DNA of 15,609 bases from a virus. Lineage: Duplodnaviria > Heunggongvirae > Uroviricota > Caudoviricetes. Positions within the stretch are counted from its first letter, which is position 1. Each line of letters opens with the position of its first letter. The stretch covers positions 89,711 through 105,319 of IMG/VR virus record IMGVR_UViG_3300043410_000715. The stretch is one strand, 5' to 3'. Shown here in pieces: positions 1 through 6,960 of this stretch. The notes beneath the pieces were generated by a model, which worked only from the letters and a program-made list of their open reading frames with translations, was not told the origin of the DNA and searched no databases. The position numbers and the translations under genes were made by a program.

Positions 1-648
1 ATTTCCTAAGTTACCATATGGTTTGTTGTGTGGGAACAACCATCCTGCAACAACACCAGTGTTGTTATTGATAACAATCTTATAGTATCCGTGAGGAACA
101 ATTACACCTTGTCCAATAGTTGGATTACCAGCGCCATATATAGCTCCAACGTATACTGTATAGCTTTGGTTCGTTTGTACTGCCCAGCCACGTACTGAAG
201 TTTCCAGTAATTTCCAGATTCCACGGTTTAGACTTCCATGCTGTGGATACATGTTTGTCATCAAAAAACTTTCGTACTCTACCATTTGATTATATGATAA
301 GTCACCATCAGGCGCCGCGTGTCCTTTATCATATCCTGTTCCAGTATAATCGTCAGGTCTTGCACCCTTTGACACAGACTGGTCTGCCACAAAAGCGTTT
401 GTTCTGGGAAAGCAACCTAAAGCATTTTGTGGTTGCAGTGTATACGCTACGTACACTGGAATTTTAGCTGGTGCATCATACGCAACAAGATACCCTTCAC
501 GACAAATAGGCTGTGCTGTTCTTTGTGTTTGTGCAAATCCATAAGGACTATGCACTTTACATTGTTCTACTGAAAGCGGGGCACGTTGATCCCACGCAAA
601 TACGTTTGTTGATAAAAGTAGTGCGATTGTTGTTATAATTCTTTTCAT
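1..648 (-). CDS. DNA/RNA non-specific endonuclease (NucA/EndoG-like His-Me finger family) with N-terminal signal peptide; 3' end runs off the window
   Basis: Not in the ORF track. Translated by hand from the ATG at 648, which overlaps the TGA of the upstream gene (ATGA): MKRIITTIALLLSTNVFA-WDQRAP...YDKGHAAPDGD...FLMTNMYPQHGSLNRGIWKLLE...VYVGAIY...VPHGYYKIV. DKGH (319-330) matches the DRGH catalytic motif and is followed by the NxxPQ...NxxxW..LE pattern. The frame is open to position 1. Confidence 0.93.
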   Translation of the reverse strand, partial: MKRIITTIALLLSTNVFAWDQRAPLSVEQCKVHSPYGFAQTQRTAQPICREGYLVAYDAPAKIPVYVAYTLQPQNALGCFPRTNAFVADQSVSKGARPDDYTGTGYDKGHAAPDGDLSYNQMVEYESFLMTNMYPQHGSLNRGIWKLLETSVRGWAVQTNQSYTVYVGAIYGAGNPTIGQGVIVPHGYYKIVINNNTGVVAGWLFPHNKPYGNLGN

Positions 649-2429
649 ATAATTCTCATGTAATCTTTAAAGTTTGCGTGTCTATCTTCTAATCCACGCA
701 TTGCGGGATTAATTGCTTTTGTAACTGCTGTGGTATCAGCAAAATTCGTAACAATTGGCTTTACTCTAGTTTTCCAATACCATACTGCAATCTTTGCGGC
801 AATGTCAGGCTTTGCGGCTAGTTCAGGATGATTCAACAAATCTATACCCAATGCTTGACCTGCCATCCTATAGTTATCACGACCTGTTAACTGAATAAAA
901 CCTCTACCATAATACTTTTGACCATCACCGGGTGCTTTATTACCTAGTATCTTAGCTGTCTTAGGTGCATATTTTACTCCGTAACGTTTCTCAAAGTAAT
1001 CTTTGCCCATTGGTTTTTCTTTTAATCTTTCAAAGTTCCACGATTCATGTTTCATTTGACCCAAGAACTGTGCTAGTTCAGGGCCTTTTAGTCCAGAACC
1101 TAATGCTGTTTTATGTACTGCGATTTCATTGTTAGCGTTATTACCTAACAAGTTATATTCTTTCGGTGGCTTAAGACCTGTCGCAGCCTGCGCACCTGCA
1201 GCCGCGGTTGCACCTAATGCACCTAATGCACCCAAGAAGCCTCTACGTGTCATATCTTCGTCAATGTCTTTTTCAACTAAATGTCTATAAGGTGCATCAC
1301 CGTTCCATTTAAACGAATCACCACCTGCACCACTAACCCCTGATTCTTGTGTTACTGGCTGTGTTTTTTTACGCAATACGAATACGTTAGTACCTGTTGC
1401 ACCTAATTGTGCTTGACCCTGTGGGCTTAGTTTACTAGTGTCGAACTGTTGATATCCAAATTGTCCAGCTAATCTGTTAATCATCTTTTGATATAAACCA
1501 CCGCGACCTTCACCCTTGCCACTGAATACAATTATCTTTGGTTGATATCCTTTTAAGTATCTTCTGATAGCAGTAACTACTGTGGCAAAGATAGCCATCT
1601 CATCACCCTTGCCAGTAAGGTCAAAGTTGTCCATCTTACTGAATTCAATATCAGTTACATTGTCACGCACAGGAACAAAGTTAATATCAATGTACTGACC
1701 TTGTCTATCATATGCACGTGCGTGAATTTCTTTAGGACCGAACTGGTCGTCCCATTCTAGTTTGTAACCAGAGTCAGGTTCAAACAATTCATTGATTTTA
1801 TTCTCTGGTTTGTCGTATGCCCTACGGTCAGTAAGAGAAAATATCATACCATCGACAGGATCTTTTTTACTGTATAAGTCCCAACCGGGTAATAATCTTT
1901 TAATCATCTTAGCATATAAACCAATGCGACTATCTTCTTTGGCATTGAATGTAATTTCTTCTACTCTGTCAAGTCCATATTCTTTTAAGAAAGCACGAGT
2001 AATATCAACTGCTGTTGACATTACTTCTGCTGAGTTACCTGTATCAGTTTTTCCAAACAAGTCTAACTCATCAGGGTCTACATCAGGTTTTCTTATCAAA
2101 CGAAATTGTATTTCCCACTTTGTAGGATTACTACCGGTAAATGCTTGCCAAAGATATTCTCTATCGCCTACTTTAAAAAACGCAGAAACTTCGTCACGAC
2201 CAAGGCGTGCCCATTCCCAGTTAGTCTTACCGGGTTTGAATAATTCATTTACTAATTCTGTATCTGTAACTTGTTGAAGTAATTCCCATGCACTATCTTG
2301 GTCACCTTGAGCAAGTAACCTTTTCATAAGTTCTTTTTCTTCGGGAGTGGCAATCTTGAAGAACTTCATCATCTCCATCATGCCTAAGTTACCTTTGTAA
2401 CTTGCTTCAATGAATTCAGTAGCTCTCAT
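645..2429 (-). CDS. Modular protein (putative virion polyprotein): two copies of an uncharacterised ~145-aa domain, then an internal Tat-like signal and a C-terminal glycoside hydrolase family 19 muramidase/chitinase-like domain
   Basis: GH19 motifs AQFLGQMKHES, YYGRGFIQLTGRDNY, LLNHPEL...AVWYW and TKAIN..GLEDR. Two similar blocks each start at xNE|LF. The start overlaps the dps stop (TAATG). Confidence 0.88.
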   Translation of the reverse strand: MRATEFIEASYKGNLGMMEMMKFFKIATPEEKELMKRLLAQGDQDSAWELLQQVTDTELVNELFKPGKTNWEWARLGRDEVSAFFKVGDREYLWQAFTGSNPTKWEIQFRLIRKPDVDPDELDLFGKTDTGNSAEVMSTAVDITRAFLKEYGLDRVEEITFNAKEDSRIGLYAKMIKRLLPGWDLYSKKDPVDGMIFSLTDRRAYDKPENKINELFEPDSGYKLEWDDQFGPKEIHARAYDRQGQYIDINFVPVRDNVTDIEFSKMDNFDLTGKGDEMAIFATVVTAIRRYLKGYQPKIIVFSGKGEGRGGLYQKMINRLAGQFGYQQFDTSKLSPQGQAQLGATGTNVFVLRKKTQPVTQESGVSGAGGDSFKWNGDAPYRHLVEKDIDEDMTRRGFLGALGALGATAAAGAQAATGLKPPKEYNLLGNNANNEIAVHKTALGSGLKGPELAQFLGQMKHESWNFERLKEKPMGKDYFEKRYGVKYAPKTAKILGNKAPGDGQKYYGRGFIQLTGRDNYRMAGQALGIDLLNHPELAAKPDIAAKIAVWYWKTRVKPIVTNFADTTAVTKAINPAMRGLEDRHANFKDYMRII

Positions 2430-2869
2430 TACTCACGTTCTTTTTTGAGGATACTGCGAATGAACCACGCTTTCTTTCCGTACAAGTCTTGTAGTTCTGC
2501 CATGAAATTAGCAATACCTTGTTGTTGCTCGTGAGTTGCTTCTTCGAACATAGCAACAACTAATTGGGACATGCGTTCACAATCTTGCAATGATTCAACA
2601 AACATTAATTCAGCACGTGGAATCTTTACTTGATCCTGAATGATTGATAACTCAGCATAACGAGTTAAACTTCCTGGAGTGTACGCACCTAATATTCTTA
2701 CGTATTCAGCAATCCTATCAATTGTACCTGATACATCACTGTATAATGTATCAAAGAATTCGTGATATTGTGGGAAGTTACTACCTTCAACGTTCCAGTG
2801 AAAGTTTTGTGATTTGATAGCAAAACTTTGTGTGCTTGCTAGTAATATTTTTAAATTGTCTGTTAGCAT
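2429..2869 (-). CDS. dps: Dps-family mini-ferritin (DNA-binding/iron-sequestering protein)
   Basis: NFHWNVEG...YHEFFD...TIDRIAE..R.LG is the Dps signature, with the ferroxidase His, His, Asp and Glu residues present; 146 aa. Confidence 0.95.
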   Translation of the reverse strand: MLTDNLKILLASTQSFAIKSQNFHWNVEGSNFPQYHEFFDTLYSDVSGTIDRIAEYVRILGAYTPGSLTRYAELSIIQDQVKIPRAELMFVESLQDCERMSQLVVAMFEEATHEQQQGIANFMAELQDLYGKKAWFIRSILKKERE

Positions 2870-2873
2870 ATAA

Positions 2874-2936
2874 TTATTTACTCAGTTTAGGAGGAGCACC
2901 TCTGTAATTCCAATAGAACTCCCACACTCTATCCAT
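2874..2936 (-). CDS. Possible 20-aa mini-ORF (MDRVWEFYWNYRGAPPKLSK)
   Basis: Starts 1 nt after the stop of the 1113-aa gene (TAA-A-ATG), the same junction seen at 6280 and 13839, and fills the gap up to dps. Too short to support by composition. Confidence 0.3.
   Translation of the reverse strand: MDRVWEFYWNYRGAPPKLSK
2875..2880 (-). promoter_or_regulatory. T4-like late promoter motif TAAATA, 5 nt upstream of the dps ATG
   Basis: Minus strand reads AG-TAAATA-ATTAT-ATG, with no Shine-Dalgarno between the motif and the ATG. It resembles the T4 gp55 consensus TATAAATA. Confidence 0.65.
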
Positions 2937-2937
2937 T

Positions 2938-5900
2938 TTATTTTTTAGCCTGTTTTTTTGCAATAGCAATAGCAGCCTGTTGTTTAGCATTCTTTGCTTC
3001 TGCTACTTTCTGTTCAGCAATCATCATTAATTCGTGTAATTGCTCAACACTTTCGCAATTCCAACGGCGTAATGCCTTATTGATTGGGCTATTAGGATCA
3101 CGTTTTGTTTTAGCACTTGCACGTGACTTCTTCATCCCACTCATTCTAGCGCAGAAAGATTTACGGCGTTTTGCGTCCTTAGAACCTTTCTTTAGTTTTG
3201 AAGGCTTCTTTGTAACAGCAGTTTTTAATTTAGAACCTGGATTCTCTCTGCGATATGCCTTGACGGCTTTACGGCTCATGCCATCAGTTTTGTCAGATTT
3301 ATTGACTTTTTGCCAATCTTCGTTAATTGCTAGTTCATCTATTTTCATATCAAATGATTCCTCTAAACTTTGTTCTTCCGCCACACCTTGCTCTTTGATC
3401 TTGTCTTGGATCTTTTTATAGCGTTGGAAGTTAGCATCTTTATCCGCATCAGTTTTACCAAACTTTCCAGCGTCCATCTTTTTATCTATTTCACGCTTGG
3501 CATATCCAGGAACAACCTTGCGTAGCGTCTGTGGCAAGCCTTCCGCCACACCTTGCTTCAATCCTTTGATGGCACGGTTAATCATACTGCGTTCCTCGTC
3601 AGGACCAATGCCCTCATATCCATAGTGCATTAGATAATCTTCATACGCATTGTTCAACGCGGTAATTACAGTTGCTCTATCAAATTGCTTTAACTGTGGG
3701 TACATCTGTAGTGCTATTGAATAGTAATTGCCACCTTCGCCTTCCGCCACGCCTTCTTTAGCAAGTTTACCTAACTCTTGTTTATATTTTTGTACAACTT
3801 GTTGGTATTGTTTAGTTTTAGCATCATCTCCTGCACGATTTGCGGCAATAGCCTTTTCTTCATACTTAGGAATAAGATTCTTTAGACTACGGATACGGTC
3901 TGCTCGTTGAGCATCTTTAAACATTGGGCTTGGTTCGCCTTCCGCCACACCTTTTTCTTTAGGTGGATTAACTGGAACAGTCTTATACACACGCTTGACA
4001 GGATCCCAAACAGTTTTGCGTGGGCCCTCTTTTGCTAATTTACCTACACGTTCAACCTTCTCATCCCATTCAGGGCCATACTCAGCTTCGCCTTCAGCAA
4101 GTTGCAAATCTTTCTTCAATGCGGCAACAACACGTTGTTTACTGCGACTGTCTAACTGGTCAATCAATTTTCTAGTTTGTGCATAAACTGTATTTAAATT
4201 TTTAGTCGCCGCTGGTGCCACTTGAGAACTAGGTGGTGTTGTCGGTGTACTTGTTGGTGTTGTATTTGCTGGTTCTTGTGCTGTAGGAGTTGCATTTGGT
4301 GGTGCAACTGAAGATGGATCAACGTCAATTTTTCTTTCTATTGATGAACCGCCACCTGGTTGACCGGGAGCAGGAATCTTCATATTATTAAACACTTGTG
4401 TGATAGTACTAGTTGGTACTCCTGCTTTTTGAATTAAACTAGCAACATCTAAACTATCTGTTGGGCTACCTGCTTTTTTCCATGCTTGCAATAACTTATC
4501 CGCAGTAATCTTTGTTGTTAGATTTTGTCCTTTAGTTGCTACATAGTTACCAACTTTACCTGCGGCACCCTTGACAGTATCCATTATACCTTCTTGTAGT
4601 CTTTGTCTCTCAACAATTTTACCAATCACTAGATATATTTGTGATTCAGAAAGTTTCTTAGACTCACTAAGTTTTGGTGAATTTGATGCAGCCGCCGCAT
4701 CATATTTTAAGAAGCCTGGATTATCGGGGTCTTTAATCCAACCTGGTAATAGTTTTCCATTATCATCATATGCAATACCTGCTTGGTTAGCTGGAATACT
4801 ATTCATTCTTTGTTGATAGTCAGCCATATTCTTAGCGTTAGTTGCATCGACCTGTGCGTTGTATGCATCAACATCTTTTACTTCAGCATCATACTTTGCT
4901 TGTTGCGCCGCATTGATTTTATCAACGTCAGCATCTACTTTAGCATTAGCACGGGCTAGTGGGTTAGTTTTACTATCAGCATAGTTAGTTTCGTCACCGG
5001 TTGGTGCAACCACAGTATCATTCGCCATCTTAGCAAACTGATCTGGATCAATCTTTGGTGGTACTCGTTGAGTATAATCAGGAGAAAGGTTACCTGATGG
5101 AACATCAACTGCTCCTTTTGGCACAAATTCCCCGCCCCAATCTACTGTATTACCAGCCCCTTGACCTGCTTGAATTGTTCCTCTTCTTGGAACATATTCC
5201 ATTTCACCTGAACCTTGTACAGGTAAAACTTTCTCACCGGAAACAGCGGCATGTTGTTGGGCACCTCTAATAGCATCACCGATCTTACTTGCACCGTAAG
5301 CCATTGCGCCTGTCTTAGTACCTTGATATGCCGCACTAGAAAACTTTTCACCTTGCAATAGTTTGTCTACCATTTTAAATAGACCCAATGCCGCGGCACC
5401 ACCAACGCCAGCACCACTAATACCGGCTGCGGCGATCAATGCTGAGTAAATCAAACTTTGTGCTACTGGATGTTTCTTAGCAAAGTCACGATACTTCTGC
5501 ACATACTGCATCACACCCTGATCGCCACCAGTTGCTTGTTTTAATTGTTCAGCAGCCTTATCATACATTGCATCAACGTTTTGAATAGGACCTGAATTCT
5601 GTACTTTAGTTTTTAAATCTTCCCATGCTTTGCTAACTGCACCTGCGGCATCTTTGCCCTTACCTAGCATAGTGCGATTGTCACCGCCTGCTGTTTGAAC
5701 ATTTTGAACGTATTGAAAAATTTGATTAATTTGGTCTGCTGTTAATTGTGCTTCTACTAATTTGTAGCCTGCACTCTCCCACAATCTAAAAGTTTTCGCT
5801 TCTGTCAACATATTTACGGGACGAGCAATAGATTCAGTAAATGAAATTGGTTCTGCAATTGGTGGCTCATCTTTCCATGGCTTCCACATTCCATACTTGT

Positions 5901-6279
5901 GATTATCAATCATGTGAACTTGCACCACGCCATCTTTGATGGGAGTAATTTTACCTACTTGTTTTTTTGCGCCCCAATTATGGTCGATATAACTTTTAAG
6001 TTCCCACTCAGCTTGTTGTGTAGTGGGCGCCTTAACTGTTACTGTCATATTATAACCAGCATCTCTATCTTCATCTTTGCTGATGTTATATTCAGGGCGT
6101 GAACCTTGTGCTGGTTGACGTTGAATAGGCTCATCATCATATTTTTCTAAATCACTATCATCATAGTCATCAACGCTAGGTTTACGAGGTTTATGTTTTA
6201 GTGCATTGTAATAATCAATATCGCTATCAAAATTGCGAGGATCAACCTCATTCACGATGCCTTTTAAAATATTACTCAT
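2938..6279 (-). CDS. 1113-aa modular protein, putative internal head/ejection polyprotein with a Gly/Ala-rich hydrophobic segment, a Pro/Thr linker, GVAE-delimited modules and a very basic C-terminal module
   Basis: Long ORF with many [VIL]-x-E boundaries (VNE, LTE, LVE, LSE twice, LQE, LAE, VAE four times, LEE, INE) and a C-terminal RRKSFCARM...ALRRWNC module. No catalytic motif was recognised. Confidence 0.8.
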   Translation of the reverse strand: MSNILKGIVNEVDPRNFDSDIDYYNALKHKPRKPSVDDYDDSDLEKYDDEPIQRQPAQGSRPEYNISKDEDRDAGYNMTVTVKAPTTQQAEWELKSYIDHNWGAKKQVGKITPIKDGVVQVHMIDNHKYGMWKPWKDEPPIAEPISFTESIARPVNMLTEAKTFRLWESAGYKLVEAQLTADQINQIFQYVQNVQTAGGDNRTMLGKGKDAAGAVSKAWEDLKTKVQNSGPIQNVDAMYDKAAEQLKQATGGDQGVMQYVQKYRDFAKKHPVAQSLIYSALIAAAGISGAGVGGAAALGLFKMVDKLLQGEKFSSAAYQGTKTGAMAYGASKIGDAIRGAQQHAAVSGEKVLPVQGSGEMEYVPRRGTIQAGQGAGNTVDWGGEFVPKGAVDVPSGNLSPDYTQRVPPKIDPDQFAKMANDTVVAPTGDETNYADSKTNPLARANAKVDADVDKINAAQQAKYDAEVKDVDAYNAQVDATNAKNMADYQQRMNSIPANQAGIAYDDNGKLLPGWIKDPDNPGFLKYDAAAASNSPKLSESKKLSESQIYLVIGKIVERQRLQEGIMDTVKGAAGKVGNYVATKGQNLTTKITADKLLQAWKKAGSPTDSLDVASLIQKAGVPTSTITQVFNNMKIPAPGQPGGGSSIERKIDVDPSSVAPPNATPTAQEPANTTPTSTPTTPPSSQVAPAATKNLNTVYAQTRKLIDQLDSRSKQRVVAALKKDLQLAEGEAEYGPEWDEKVERVGKLAKEGPRKTVWDPVKRVYKTVPVNPPKEKGVAEGEPSPMFKDAQRADRIRSLKNLIPKYEEKAIAANRAGDDAKTKQYQQVVQKYKQELGKLAKEGVAEGEGGNYYSIALQMYPQLKQFDRATVITALNNAYEDYLMHYGYEGIGPDEERSMINRAIKGLKQGVAEGLPQTLRKVVPGYAKREIDKKMDAGKFGKTDADKDANFQRYKKIQDKIKEQGVAEEQSLEESFDMKIDELAINEDWQKVNKSDKTDGMSRKAVKAYRRENPGSKLKTAVTKKPSKLKKGSKDAKRRKSFCARMSGMKKSRASAKTKRDPNSPINKALRRWNCESVEQLHELMMIAEQKVAEAKNAKQQAAIAIAKKQAKK
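3375..3953 (-). repeat. Four dispersed direct repeats encoding the (K/E/Q)GVAE linker
   Basis: AGCAAGGTGTGGCGGAAG is exact at 3375-3392 and 3540-3557. AAGG(T/C)GTGGCGGAAGGCGAA occurs at 3736-3755 and 3934-3953 (19/20 identical). All four share AAGGYGTGGCGGAAG. Confidence 0.95.
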
Positions 6280-6280
6280 T

Positions 6281-6901
6281 TTAGTGTTTCTTCTTGTTTT
6301 TGTTGTCTAAGTAGCCACGCTTGTTAGCAGTTGCCCATGCAATGTTCTCTGCTTCTTTAGAACTCTTGCCTAATTTCTTTTCTGACTTTTCAATGTGCTT
6401 AACCATACGGTCTACTTTAGCACCTTCGGCAGCGATGCCACCGGCAATAACGCCAGCAGGGCCACATTCATCAACTACATATTCATAATCTTTCATGCTT
6501 AGTGTCTTTCCACGAGCACCTCTTGATACTAGTTTCTCTGCTAAGTCGTGTAGGTCTAAATCGCTACCTGCTTCTTCACGTGCGAATTCAAGTAATCTGA
6601 TTAATAATGGAATATCAACTTTAATAACGTCTGTAGGATTCACTGAATTTTCTGGCTTTGAAAGTAAACCAGGCTTCAATTTGTTTCCTTTACCAGGAGT
6701 AATAATCTTGTCGTCTTCGTCTAGTTTCGCTTCTGAAACTCGTCCATCGCTAGTTTCTTTTCCCTCATTGACGCTGTTGGCATAGGGACCGTTTTTTGTT
6801 AGTTTTTTTGTAGGAATGCGCTTTTGCACTTCTCCTAGGGGCATAGATACAGTTGATATTGATCCTGCAGTGGTTGATTCTGATATTTCTGTGAAACGCA
6901 T
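6281..6901 (-). CDS. ~206-aa modular protein, putative internal head protein (start revised from TTG 6913 to ATG 6901)
   Basis: Begins MRFTEISE|S with a GGA 7 nt upstream. Short modules are separated by VNE, VSE, LDE, VDE and AAE. Includes the blocks DIPLLIRLLEFAREEA..DLH and KVDRMVKHI...IAWATANKRG. Confidence 0.8.
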   Translation of the reverse strand: MRFTEISESTTAGSISTVSMPLGEVQKRIPTKKLTKNGPYANSVNEGKETSDGRVSEAKLDEDDKIITPGKGNKLKPGLLSKPENSVNPTDVIKVDIPLLIRLLEFAREEAGSDLDLHDLAEKLVSRGARGKTLSMKDYEYVVDECGPAGVIAGGIAAEGAKVDRMVKHIEKSEKKLGKSSKEAENIAWATANKRGYLDNKNKKKH

Positions 6902-6904
6902 AAT

Positions 6905-6956
6905 GAAATCCAATGTGATATAGTATTTATCAAAAATCTATATACATTCGGAATTC
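6905..6956 (-). promoter_or_regulatory. Late promoter motif (ATAAATA, 6924-6930) in the loop of an imperfect hairpin whose 3' arm contains the putative RBS of the 206-aa gene
   Basis: Plus strand: gaaatcc-aatgt-g-atatag [14-nt loop] ctatat-acatt-c-ggaattc, an inverted repeat with 1 mismatch and 2 bulges. Confidence 0.65.
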
Positions 6957-6960
6957 TATT

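Noticed and set aside
1210-1232. 9-nt tandem repeat (gcacctaat, about 2.5 copies)
   Set aside because: It simply encodes GAL-GAL-GA in the signal-like hydrophobic region and is too short to be a separate element.
2890-2897. Strong SD-like AGGAGGAG on the plus strand
   Set aside because: No suitably spaced start codon or ORF follows it.
3375-3953. GVAE repeats as a CRISPR array or Chi sites
   Set aside because: They are in-frame coding, only 15-20 nt, non-palindromic and spaced 165-200 nt apart, with no cas genes. They do not match the Chi sequences I know.
4200-4330. Pro/Thr-rich low-complexity stretch
   Set aside because: An ordinary flexible linker with no regular repeat unit.
5142-5351. 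69-aa alternative-frame minus-strand ORF inside the 1113-aa gene
   Set aside because: Fully nested, with no RBS or motif; expected by chance.
6902-6913. Track start TTG 6913 (likewise TTG 9543, ATG 15180 and TTG 15607)
   Set aside because: 6913 lies in the regulatory hairpin, 9543 lies upstream of the promoter motif, 15162 has the better RBS, and 15607 is an internal Leu of a truncated gene.
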